Assembly (NCBI GenBank): GCA_965153455.1
Contig: OZ234493.1
Coordinates: 28,076,213-28,140,212, forward strand
Source of the DNA: Sphagnum compactum
Taxonomy: Eukaryota
Length of the DNA: 64,000 bases
Direction: 5' to 3'
How positions within the stretch are numbered: the first letter of the stretch is position 1; every line of letters starts with the position of its first letter. The notes under the pieces are model-generated. The model had not been told where the DNA came from, did no database searches, and saw only the letters and a list, made by a program, of their open reading frames with translations. The position numbers and the translations under genes were made by a program. Shown in pieces: positions 23,356 through 36,189 of this stretch.

Positions 23356-26300
23356 GTAACATAATAGAACCAAAGACGTGGAAGTGTTGTACATGGTGTA
23401 AAGGGGGCTTGTCATCAGGCCCTAATGTAGGACTACGCCACATAGCCCCCAATTCCTTTGTCATTCCTTGACATTTTAAATCATGTTCTATGAACAATTT
23501 TGGACAAGAAGTCAGTGATCTTTTCAACAACTTCAATTTGTAGGCTATATTCAAATCCCAATAGACCCAACAAATCCACTTGACATTGAACCATTGCCAT
23601 ATTATAATCTTCAATTCTAGGAAACCAAATAAATCCAAAGTCCAACACATTTTGGACAACAATGGTTAGTCATACAATGTGCCCTTGCTCTCAGCAATAG
23701 TGGAAGATTGTGCGAGGGTTCAATCCCTTGTTGGGATGAACCAACGGGTGTAGCCTCCCAAATGTATTTCGACAAAATCTTGAATGCCCTTATTATGGGC
23801 GGGCACTCCTTCTGCAATGAAAAAATATGAGGTTCATTTTTTAGTTTTGCAAGGATGTTCTACAACCCTTATGGGGTGTGGTCCCACGAGCATTAACGAC
23901 CAGCTTATAGAGGATGCCACTTCAGGAATGAATACATGGGCGACCATCCTCACTTTGCTCTTTTTTCAACAACCTAAATTTGTTTGTCAAATTGGTGTAA
24001 TCGGTGTAGGACATAATCTTCTTTTCTCTTCTGCAGGGTTTCCATAACCTCCAACTTCTTAACATCATACTCCTTCAACCTTAAGTACTTAAGTACTTTC
24101 ACAAGAATTTCATCTCTACGAAATGCCACATGGTTGAGTCCCCACCTTGTTTTGATTTCCATGCATGTAGGGATTGTTTGACGACCTTGAAAATATGGTT
24201 TGTCCTTTCAATCCCACCATAAGTCTACAAGAACAAATTGGAACTAGTAAAAATCATTGAAAAAAAAAAACAAACATTAATATTTATTTATTTATTTATT
24301 TATGTATGAAAAATGTAATTATTGGTGGAAATAGGCACCATTGTCCAAATGCAAACACAAGTGCACTACCCAGTGTGCCATTTGCTTCCATTTTCATGAG
24401 AAGAAACATTGTCTCTTTAGGATCTTCCAAAATTGATTTACTCATGATAGTGTCTGTTTCAAACAACAAAACATAAAGCCCTCTCATTTGGTGGAGGTGT
24501 AGGCAATTCACAAAAGCTCTCCATTGTGAAAGTTTTAGCATGGGCTTTTGCCTTTGCTCAATGTCAGCTCTGGTTTGATGAGCTGCAACCTTTATTGGCA
24601 AGGTAGTTGGTGTTGGAAACAAGGATAAATGTGCATCAACCATGTTCCTTTCACTGACAAGTTTGGGCTTTGTAATTGGAGGCCTTATTTGTATGTTGTT
24701 TGGGGCCTTCTATTGCATCTTCCCAACCTCTACAAAAATGGCCAATGACAATATTACTATTCCATACTTGTGATTAAAAAATTTGGCTAGATTCAAGGCA
24801 TGACACATGAACATACAACTACACTATAAAAACCTAAAATAAAAACAATAACCAAAATCTAAAATACACCTAGATAACCACACAACATAAAAAACATGGT
24901 AGTCCATAGATGCCCTTGGTATAATGTGGTAATGTGGACTTACCTGCACTTTGAATTAATCTTGATGAAAAATCATCATCACTACTTAGGTCAAAAACCT
25001 TTGTATGCTTAGGAGGTCTAGCCTTTGGAGGAGACATACTAATTGTTTCCCCTTGTTTAGATGAAAATACAACTTTCTTAGCGGGTATTTTGCTTCATCT
25101 ACACGTGTGCACTTAGATTTCCCAAGCAAACTTTTCTTAAACTTCTTCCCTAATTGTGTGAATTCTTTTGCTTCAACTTTTGTCCATAAGGGATACATCT
25201 TCAACAATGTTTCCCCTTGTATTTGGGACATTACATCATCATTTAATGATAATTAAAGGTGTTCTTGTCTTTGAAGCATTTTTTGCAATAAGTGCATTGG
25301 AAGGATGGTCTATTTCCTATTAGCATGTCAGGGCATTTCACATCAAAATGTGCTTCCAAGACAAGTTCCTCATATTCGTCCTCAAGATGTATTGCAATGT
25401 AATGGTGTCTATTTTGCTGCATAGTCGACTTGTATATGCATTTGTTCCCATTTAGACCTCCAAACACCTAAACAAAAAAACCCATAATTCCAACCTCACA
25501 AATAGCCAATGTAGAACATTCAAATCAAACTATGGCAAAAATTAAAAATGGTAGAAACATGGAAAACCTTCATCGATGATGCTAATCCAATATGATTAGC
25601 CATGACTTTAAATTCCCATAATCATTGAGCAACATAATGTATGTTCAAGGTTGACTACAATTCAACTTCATCATCAGCAACATCATAAACCAAACTACTA
25701 ACAGTATGTTTATACTTTCATTGTAATTAATAAGACAACATTATAAGAGAATTTTTTTACTTCAAGCTCATCATCTTCAATCAATAACTAACCCTTTGAA
25801 AATGGTTTTGAAATGATAAATATTTTGGTTTTATGCAATAGAAAAACAAAAAATACTTGTTGTAGAATGAAATGACCTAGAAATTAGTTTACGAATCACA
25901 TAAACAAAAAAATAGAAAAACATGCATGAACATAGATGAAATACTATATTTAGGTTTTAATGTTAGGCCAAAACCCACCAAAACACTTTTGTAAACCTAA
26001 AACATATTGGGGTAGAAAAAAACATATCTACCTACATGCTTATTATCAAACTAAGGAGAAAAACAACATTTCATCAATAAACATAATAACGAGATAGATA
26101 CGTACCCCTTCCACCGATCCTATTGGAGCTTTTTGGACGATGTCAATGTATTTCTTTCAACCAAGAAGGTCGATAAGGTAAGGATCCTCTTGTGTGTATA
26201 TTGGCAACACCTCCAGTAGCAAGTGTTTCCGGTCTCCTTCCATGCCTGCCTGCATTGCTACAATGTCTCCTTCACCTCTTGTTGTGTCGTTTGATTCTAT

Positions 26301-26744
26301 TGCATCAGAATCAATCCCCTCTTCAAGAACAAGAACCACATTCAAGCTCTGAACTTTAGTAGTGGTAATGCCACTATCTCCTACACTAGGAGTAACATTA
26401 GTTGGTGTAGCAGTCAACGCCATTAAAGTTTTTGTCTCTATCAACTTGAAGTTTGTGTGCCCTCTTCAAACTCTAAACCTTCAAATGACAATAATGCAAC
26501 AAAGGACTACAGCTTAGTACTTCAGTTGTTATTGCACCACCTTCCATTCTCCTCTCCAAAAACTCATGTTTTAAGTAAGATTTGTTGACAGGGACACCTC
26601 ATGTGCAAAACAATTTATGTGAAGGTAGCTCTATGCTCCATGAAAACTACTATCAAATCTAACTGATGTTCCACAAAACCTTATTTTGCAAACCTCATCT
26701 AGATATCAGCTATTTTTAGTAAATTTTCAAATTTGTTCCTATGC

Positions 26745-26965
26745 AGAACAACCGCTTCTCTCTAGAGTGCAAAAACTTGGAAAGACATAGTCAACGATGG
26801 AACGGAAGAAATCTAAAGAGACGATGTCGACGATGCCGGGTTCAGATGTTCTGTCGACGGTGATAGGAGGCGGGCCCGGATGTACCACGTGGCAACTCCG
26901 GTGGTGGAGTCTGCGCACTGAAATGCAACCGGACAGAGCTCGTTAGGGGGTGTTTAGCACCCGGC
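26745..26965. repeat. Putative MULE terminal (TIR) sequence, related to 15590-15833
   Basis: Direct diverged copy ending GTTAGGGGGTGTTTAGCACCCGGC. It lies upstream of the Ulp1-like remnant. Confidence 0.65.
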
Positions 26966-28861
26966 ATTACAAAGTTTTCATCATCATGTGCCAACAGCTT
27001 TCCAGCGTGCCAATTATGTCCAGAAGTAGAATTTGGACATATTTTGGACTAATACGCCAGTTTGGGGGCCTGATTCAGGCACTTATTCAGCCTTTTTCCT
27101 GAGTGGGACAGGCTGCCGCCTGCCGGTTCCACCTGTGGTGCGTCAGCTTGACTTGTAACATGAACGGATGGTGGAGAACGCATTTGAAATGTGAATTCGG
27201 AACAGGCCCGGCAGTACCCAACTCCACCCAAAGGAACGATGGCTTGCCATGCCAGGCTCCCCTCACTCCTAGGTAACAGAGATTCATAGTCCTCTGGTAA
27301 TGTCCAAATCCCAAGCATCCTAACCAATTTCCATGCCACATCATCAATTTGTTTTCACACTAGTTTGGACTACACATGTAACCTCTCCCTTCTTGAATGG
27401 ATTTTTGTTACCCCACTCCCTTCTCTATGTCAATTTTGCATAATGGTCTTGTAAACAATGGGTCTTGGCACTCGCTGATGTTAGGTCTGGTAGATCCCAC
27501 ACGACCCATCCATTCTGCCTTGTAAGGGGACTCAAACGAGGTAGAAAAGGCCACATGAAGACTATTATGTAACATAAGCATGGCATTTTTCCCTCTCGTA
27601 TTTCCCATGAAACAAGTACATCAATCATGATACTAATGAACGCATATTACTTACAAGTACCTGCAGACCTGATTGGCCACAACCTTGCCGACTACTCAAG
27701 CGCTTCTCAACAGCAAGTTTGTGTGAAAAGAGTAAAGTTAAAGTTTTAACCATCTGGCAGTTTTCCAGATGGCTCCGTCGATGAGCAAAATAAAAATAAA
27801 GATAATATATGTTATCTAGCTTATAGTTGCTTAATGTATTAGGGTCTTAAGGTCTTCATAATTCTATAAGTTAGGTTGAAAGTTCAGAAGTTTAATATTA
27901 GTAAATTGGATTACTCTGGGAGCTCGATTTGGACGGTGGAATTTGGACAGCGCAGATCTTCCAGGAGGAGAACGCCATATAAGATATGTTGATCTCTGGG
28001 TCTCTCAAAAATATTTTTAGAAAATGAAATTATTTTGTATGCATTCTAGTAATGTGTAGGTAATGTCCAATAATTCACCTAATGAATAAATGAATGCATG
28101 AATATTAGCGCCACGTGGTCACATGGACGTGAAAGACACAAGCAACAAACTCTCCAGAGCATGGCCTTTCTGGGCTTTCAAAATTATTGTATACGAGAAT
28201 GAATTTCATCAAGTTGGCTGAAATCCTTTCCTTCCTTTGAAAATCTCCCAAAGCCTTCAAACAATCCAAGGAGGAGGAGGGAAGGGAAAAGAACGAAGTC
28301 CAAAGGGAAACTTACAAACCACACATCACAACAACTTTCTTGGAGTCCAAGTCTATCGTTGAAACAATATGCAATTACTATCTATTTCTATTTTTTTGGT
28401 TTTGAATGATGCGTTATAAATGCAAGAGAAAAAGAAAGGAAACTGACCTTTTATAAGCTCGAAAAAGAAATGTACAAACAAGTCTCTACTGGGTTGTCTT
28501 GTTTTGATCTCTTTTTGGACTCATCCTGTTACAAATCTCTTGTCGCAACTTTAACACCAAAATTAGCAAATAGTGCAAAAAAGCCTGGATACCTAACCTA
28601 CGTTGCTGACATTTTCCTTAGTACTTACCATAATTCGTTTCCTTCTTCCAATTATGCGTAAGTCAGCCCTCTGAGCCCACCCAATATCGTGCTGAGGACG
28701 ATTAGTATATGCAACTTTTGTTCAGAAATACCAACCTTTTAAGTAGAGTATTGTTAAAACTCCAAAGTCTGTTTTACGATTTATTTGTTGTTCTGGTCAG
28801 TGTTTCTATTGCAAGAGCAAACTGTTGTTTGTTTGTTTGTTGCTGCGATTCCGTCACGGCG

Positions 28862-31380
28862 ATGGCGGCAGCGAGCTGCCGCGCGGTGACGTGCAGGGGC
28901 GGCGGCAGCAGCAGTAGCAATCTGTTGCGGGGTCGTAGTGCGTTTGGAGTTCGAGAACTGGGTTGTGCTGCTGTGGAGTCGGCAGTGGAGGTGGAAGGTT
29001 GGAGAGGAGGAAGAGATGGAGGAAGGGTGGGTGTGGTGGAGCGACATGAGGAGCAAGGGGGACGCGGAGTGCGGTGGGTGTTTTTGGGGTGCCCGGGAGT
29101 GGGGAAGGGGACCTACGCTAGTAGGCTTGCCAAGGTTTTGCAGGTGCCGCACATCGCGATGGGGGATCTGGTCAGGCATGAACTTTCTCAATCCTCGTCC
29201 ATGGCGAAGCAGGTTTGCAATCCTCGATCCTTTCTTGACAAGAAAATGTACTTCGATTTCTCCAAGTGTGGATTCACATACACATGTGTGTTTCTTTTCC
29301 TCTCAACTGTTTGTTCGTCCATCGAAATCCTACTTTGATATGAGTTCCCTTTCTCTAGTTTTGTGCGTTTGGGTATTCATTCTCACAGATAGGTTTTAAA
29401 CCCATCCCGTCAGATTTGTGTCTCCTACTCTCTAGATCTGAGATTCTTGACATAGGTAACCACAGCTGTACCGTGGTACTTCTTTTTCACTAGAGCTGTG
29501 ACACTAGATTGATGTGGAGAAATGAGGTTGAAATGGAAGCTAACCCCCAACTCTCCTGCAACCAAACATAATACATATCTCCATCCAAACCCTGGGTATG
29601 TCTAGTATGCTTTTGGTGGTGGTCCTAGGACAAGAAGGTGTAGCTGTTTAGTAAGGGACATGGAGTTTTTTCAAAATATTTTCTGAACTCACATTTCAAG
29701 AGCCCCATGGGGTTTTCCAAGTGTTTGAGTAATCTGGTTTTTTAACTGCCATGTAAGAAGTATGAGAACCCATTACTAATTAATGATTGATGAGTATACC
29801 ACATGTTGAAGTGTACAAAGTGTTCTTGTCTGTCAGTCTCTTCAATTTCAGCATACCTGATGTGGAGTCTTGAATGGTGATGGATATAGCAGTAGTTTGC
29901 ATGTCTTGGATGTATTTAGAACTTCAACTCCACAAAATTTGAGGCTTTGATTTTGGGATTCTCAAGGGTGTCTTAGGCTGTTGTCTCCTACATTAAAGCA
30001 CACTGCCTTATGTTTGAGATGTTGCCTTATGTCAGGGCCCAATTTCAACTTTTCTCCTGGGCTGTCACCTCTTTGTGCTTCGTTATAGGTACTTCTGTAA
30101 ACTAGTCTTATTCATCACCACATATATTTCATTTGGCCTCAAAAGTCTTTGAGTAATTTCATTAACCAGGGAAAAGGTGGTGGTGTTGTACAGTTGGCAA
30201 ATTTAATGAGCCAAGGGCAGCTGCTGCCTGATGATATTATCCTTCGTCTCTTGTCCAAGCGCCTTGATGACAGCACAACATCCAGCCAGCCTGGCTTCAT
30301 CCTTGATGGCTTCCCTCGCACAGTGCATCAAGCAGTATGTTTCTCCTTTTGCATATTGACTTTGTGTACTAATCAATTAGCCCCTACATAACTAAAATAG
30401 TGGAGTCATTCAATGGTTATCATCTCATATTCATTCACTTGAAAAATCTTGTGTTATCTAGCTTTACTGGCAGTTTGAGTTTATGCACAAATTTGTCTAA
30501 ATATATGTTGGATCTGTTGAGCCTTGGATTGGAGACACAAATTTTGCTCGGCACAGCTCCCATTTCAGTTGCAAGCGATTGCATGGGTTGTCCTCCCAGA
30601 TTGGTCCTTGTGTTTATGCAATCATTGGTATACAGGGGAATGTTGAGTCTGCAGTAGGATGTCAATGGTATTTTTGCTGGCTGTAAGTCTGCATTTCTAA
30701 CTTGCATGAAGAATTCAATGAGGGGGTCTAAAATGCATGTAGGAAATGATGGAAGAAGTGGCTGATGTACAATTGGTGGTGAACCTGAAGTTGAGGGAGG
30801 ATGCATTGATAGCCAAGTGTTTAGGCCGTCGTATTTGCAGTCAGTGTGGGGGCAATTTCAATCTTGCACGCTTGGAGATGGAAGAATCAAACAGTGCCCC
30901 TCGCATCTTCATGCCTCCCTTGTTGCCACCACCATCTTGTGCCTCCAAAATGACCACCCGTGCTGATGATACAGAAGAAGTTGTCCGTACACGCCTGCGC
31001 ATTTACTATGAGGAGGTTTGTCTTTAACTGGGGCTGTGATTACTAGGTGCAGGCTGTAGATGTGCCTCTTGTTGTCATTGGTTCCTACATTGTCCTTTTT
31101 ATCCTAGAGCAAATTATTCTTGCCACACATGTTAGTCAGTGCGATGAGGAATTTAAAGCATCTGGGGGCAACAAACTTGCAATTGCAGCTCATGAGGTTA
31201 ATTTTGTTTGTGTTCCTTCAGAGTAAGCCAGTGGAAGATTTCTATCGCAGGGGTGGGAAACTGCTGGATTTTGAGGTGTCTGGAGGTATACCTGAGACAT
31301 GGCCCCGTCTATTAGCGGCACTAAATGTTGATGAAAAAGGACACACAAACCATGATGACAGTCACAAATTTGCAGCATGA
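28862..31380 (+). CDS. ADK: Adenylate kinase, probably organellar; 4 exons (28862-29212, 30194-30334, 30743-31015, 31222-31380), ~307 aa
   Basis: P-loop WVFLGCPGVGKGTYA, HIAMGDLVR, GFILDGFPRT, LID region GRRICSQCG, and RADDTEEVV. All introns are phase-0 GT-AG. The N-terminus is Ser/Arg/Ala-rich, like a transit peptide. Confidence 0.95.
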
Positions 31381-32089
31381 TATCTATGTAGTCCTTGCAC
31401 TACTACTGGATAGGATACTTCGGGGTAAAATCCCATCATCTTTACTGCATTATGGTTCTGACAGTTTCTTAATTGGAGAGAAACCTGGTATCTGTAGGTT
31501 AGTTTGTTTTGTAGATAAATTTCTTCATATACACTGGAGGACATTCTTCCTTGTGTTGCAGGAACACAAATCCTTTTCCTGTCAGCTGATTCAGACAACT
31601 TGTAATTAAGTCACATTTTCCAAGTGATGGATCTCTGCTCACAGGTGAACTGCTAATGTGTGCATCACAGTACATGACAGGGGAATTTTAGAAAGCTGTC
31701 TTTCTTGATTGAGCTGCATCTTCCCTGTCTCCATGGACAGTTGGCTTTGTCATAGTCATGCACCTGCTATTGAACTGCATTTCAACTTTGTCAACCGGCT
31801 TCACTCCAGTTATCAATAGTATGCAGCCTGTTGGATCATTTTACTGCCCAAACGTGGTGAACATACTGAGAGTCAGTATTTAACCAGTGAATTGTCAGTT
31901 ATAGGTAGGTTCTGTATCAAAGCTTCCAAGGTGCAAATTGACTAAATCTCTAGTTTTTTGCACATGCCGCTGGGACCAAAGACTACTAGGAGACAATCCA
32001 ATATTTATTTTGACAATTTTAGATGTTTCATTTGGTGACCATGGGCCCATGCATTCTAGGCAATAAGTCAAGAAATAGGGTGAGGTCCA

Positions 32090-33674
32090 TTTTCCTGTTT
32101 ACAGGCAGTGAATACTTTGACCCAAGAACTGTACATGGCAATACCTCCTAAAGAGCATTATGTCCTAAGACTTGTGCTGACTTTGCATGATGCCATTTTC
32201 AGTCCCATTTCTCACTCCAATCTCACTCATCATCAGTGAACCCCTTCCAGAGTGGGTATGAAACAGGATGCCGGATCTGTGTATCTGGTAAGGTGGATGC
32301 CATTTTTCCAAGCATGCTTTTGATAGGGTTTCCTAGACATTCTTACAAGCAACAATGAAGGCAATGGGATTTTCAAAAGCAAGGACTACATGGATCCTAG
32401 CCCTGTACAAAAATGCACACACGTCATATTAATCACTAGAAGGCAAGGGCCACTGATAGAGCTCCACAGGTCGGTGAGAGAAGGTTGTCCCCTTGCACAT
32501 TACCTTTTCCTCTTAACTGTTGATGTGCTAGGACACATGCTATAGGATCCAACACATGGGGTAAAAGGAATTCAACTTCCAGACAGAACACAGACAACCA
32601 ACCAAATGTTTGCAGATGATACTGCCCTCTTCCTGTCAGATTCAAAGGACAGCCTAGAAAGGACTATGTCAGTCCTCCAAAAATTTGGGGTTGCATCAAG
32701 AACTAAACCTGAATAAATAGATTGTGCTTTGGGTGTGAGCTAGGGAGAGGGATTGTACTTGGGGAGAGTCTCAAAGCCTTAGGTGGCTGGAAAAGGGAGA
32801 ACATATCAAAGTACCTAGGGTTTTTGTTTGGGAGGGATATTCCTCAAGAGGCAAAAGACTCAAAAGCTCTTAGTCAAATCAAGAAATTTCTGTTGGAATG
32901 GGGAGGGGAAAAGCCTTCATTAGCAGGTAAGGTCTTAATTGTTAATCAAGCAATACTTGCATTCAGTACCTCAACTCTTGCTAAGATATTCCAAGAAAAG
33001 TTTTCCAAAAGACTTGGCAATTAGTAAGAAGTTTTTTGTGAGTTGAGAATTTTGTTAAGAAGGCTTGAACCAAAGTTATTTGGGCTTCAGTTATCCTTCC
33101 CATCTCTCATGGAGGTCTAAAGGTAGACCTTCAATTACAAGCTAGGCCTCTCTTGGCGGGGGCTAGAACTTGTTGGGCCCCATGGAAGTAATTCATAAGA
33201 TTCAAAGTGGAGAACATTGGCTCATTGATGAATGGACATTGGCATCTTGAAGCCCACTAGATTATCAAAAAATTAAAGTTAAGGAAGTATAGCTCCCAAC
33301 TTTAAAAGCCATCCTTAGAATGTTCATTGGAGCAAGGTCAAGTGCACCTCCCACAATAACATCATGGGTAGCCATTTCAAGCAACATTTTATATGGAAAC
33401 TCCTTCCGCACAAACAAGGAATTTGGGGAGAGGAGAGGAGCTCAATTTTCATCAAGTGGTTTCTAAAAGGTCTAACAAAAGTAGGGTAGCTTGGGAACAA
33501 ATACTCTAGCATATGAAGGTCGTTGAAAGAGCTTATGAAAAAATATCATTTTCATGTCGAAGGTCTGCAAATAAGATAACTCATTGGCATCATCCACCAC
33601 AACTAGAAACTCTTTCATCAATCTAATTTTTAGTTGGGGAAGTGGTTGTCCATTCAACCCAACCAAACCCTTAG

Positions 33675-33705
<31 letters not shown>

Positions 33706-34750
33706 CAAGCATTCCATGTTAGAGATAACAAAATTTATGCAGAAACTTACAAAGTTCTAAATTCAGAGTAGGTTATTAGGATAGGCTAGGGCTTGCAAGA
33801 AATACCTTTAAGCAAGTTGAATCAAGTCAAAATTGTACGAAAACAAAGGAAGTTTTGTAAATTACAACCCCCCGATCCCCATCACTAAGAACCAAATGGT
33901 CTAGCTTGGGGGGGGGGGGGGGGGGGATTTTCTAAAAGCCTTGGAGTTTAATACCCAAAAGTGGAACTAGAAGAAATACGAGTCTTTAAAAGTGATAGAC
34001 TTTTACAAATTCTCAACTAAAAGCATATGCGAGCTAAGGTTGGACTTCAAAGCATGGCAACCAATCTTAAACTAAACACACAACTAGTGTAACAAGGATT
34101 TTATTTCAAACAAAAATAAAATTATACACAAATCTATGGTATCCATGACTCCCAAGAAAATTATTGGCCATGTTTTGGTGGATTATTGCAAACTTGGCCT
34201 ACCAATGGGAGCATGGAGATGGTGGAGTGGTCTCCCATGACATTGCTATGTTAAATAAGGGAAACAAAATATTCGTTACACTTGAACTCTAAAAATACAT
34301 ATGAGTGGCAGAAGTGTGGGACAAGTTCCAAAGGTTGAGAGACTCGACAGGCCTGCCTTAGATGTTCAATACTTGGGATCATTAGAAGGGACTTAAGGCC
34401 AACCCAACCAAGTAATCGCATACACTACCCCTAGAATCAACCCCATGGGACACCTTGGGAGATTCTCAAAGAAACATTCTTTAACATACTTGGTGATAAA
34501 AATGCAAACATGACTTGAGAGAAGAAAGGTTCAATAGAGGTGAATTTTTTTTAAAAACTTTGAAGCTGGTAGTTCATCATTAAGGTGGGCATGGAGACTT
34601 TGAAGCAGTTACATTGCCACCCAAGAAACCTCATTTTAATGTAAAGGGTGTGGAGAAGAAACTTACCCAATATGGATAGTAGTAAGGAACACCTTCATCT
34701 CCCTCATAGATGGAACAACGAAGTGGAACCTCATAAGACTTGTTTCCCTA
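32090..34750 (+). pseudogene. Highly decayed LINE ORF2 (RT and C-terminal region)
   Basis: Fragments HAFDRVS*TFL...MKAMGF, QMFADDTALFL, KYLGFLFG and KPSLAGKVLIVNQAILA, with many stops and frameshifts. It contains (TA)n and poly-G. Boundaries are approximate. Confidence 0.8.
33679..33705. repeat. (TA)n microsatellite
   Basis: About 13 TA units. A G19 run follows at 33908-33926. Confidence 0.95.
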
Positions 34751-34760
34751 CTTTTGAAAA

Positions 34761-35930
34761 ATCAAGATGTGATGTGAAAAATACATTGAGTGTATCATAA
34801 ACATATTTTCACACTTGAAAAATAAACCTTACATATGAAAATTTGACACCTAAAATACATTTATTCATTTTTCAATAATAACTAATTATTATTAACCATA
34901 TGTCACTGATACACTAAAATTTTATTGATACATGAATGATGTGTTGATACATTAATGATCTTTTTGATACACTAAGATTCTTTCCACCCCTCTAAACATA
35001 AAAAAGAGTGAGAATTTTTTGAAATAAATGGACAAAATGTTGCTGCATTTCCAAGTTTATAAGTAAGGTAAAACAATTGTTAATTTTGTTAAAAACCATT
35101 AATCTACTATCAAGATGTGATGTGAACAATACATTGAGTGTATCATAAACATATTTTCACACCTAATAAATAAACCTTACATATGAAAATTTGACACCTA
35201 ATATACATTTACAATCATTTTTTCATAATTAATTATTAAACATATGTCACTGATACACTAAAGATTTATTAATGCATTAATGATCTACCAATACACTAAA
35301 GACCTTCTAATACACTAAAGATTTTCCAACTTGTCTAAACATAGAAAGAATGGGAATTTTTTCAAAATAAATGGACAAGAGGTTGCCACGTTTCAAAATG
35401 TATGGGTAAAGTCAAAAATAATAATTTCAATTGAATTACACCACTATGCTACTAATTAGTAAGACATGGTGTGAGCAATAAATTGAATTTATTATAAATG
35501 TATTTTCACACTTGAGAAATAAATTTTACATATGAAAATTTGACACCTAATACACATTTACCATCAGTTTTTATAATATAACTAGTTATTATTAATTATG
35601 TGTTATTAATATATTACATATTTGTTGATACATTAATGATATATTAATACACTAAATACCTTTTGATACACTAAAAAAATTATAATATACCTAAACATAA
35701 AAAGAATGGGAATTTTTTCAAAATAAATGGACAAGAGGTTGCCACGTTTCAAAGTGTATGGGTAAAGTAAAAATTTAATAAACTAAACCAAAATACACCA
35801 CTATGTTACTAACACATGGTGCATTTTACATTGATTATATTATTAGTATTTGACACTTGAGAAAGAAATCTCTGCATATAGGGAAAATTGACACGTGTTA
35901 CACATTTCCCACCACTTTTCGACTTTAAAT
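34761..35930. repeat. Diverged ~350-bp tandem repeat, about 3.3 copies
   Basis: Units start at ~34761, 35109, 35459 and 35808. Shared blocks include ATGAAAATTTGACACCTAA and AAATAAATGGACAA. Confidence 0.9.
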
Positions 35931-36189
35931 ATCAAATGCAAGTTGATATTTGCAGTACTATAAGCAAAAAAATGCTTATGCTTTCTGGTTTTAATAATTT
36001 TTTGTTTTAATGTTTTAAGGTTGGATATGTAGTAAGTTTTAGGAGTTTTCTAAGCTTTTCTTTGTGATCATACTTTTTGTTTTTTTTTACAAGCAGTAAT
36101 CACAAATTTTTTTGGATTCACATGTTAAGCTTTGATATTTTCATAAATAACTTGTTGAACAAAAAGGAAATTTAAATTAATGATTTTAA

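Larger units (their letters stand above)
20413..26550 (-). pseudogene. Decayed multi-exon gene with a C2H2-like finger and a C-terminal Ulp1/C48 protease-like domain (probable MULE cargo)
   Basis: FQCTYCKKCFKDKNTFNYH at ~25250-25300. Ulp1-like motifs in order: GFLFTDVMDFL, KVVVPLHDANHWSVAVM, IHYDPLS, and HGPRHEYNWECRFYVIKFI (20700-21260). It has many stops and a solo LTR insertion. Confidence 0.6.

Noticed and set aside
28709-28861. N-terminal extension of ADK given in the ORF track (MQLLFRN...)
   Set aside because: The sequence is T-rich and UTR-like. ATG 28862 (GCGATGGCG) has a good context and begins a transit-peptide-like region.
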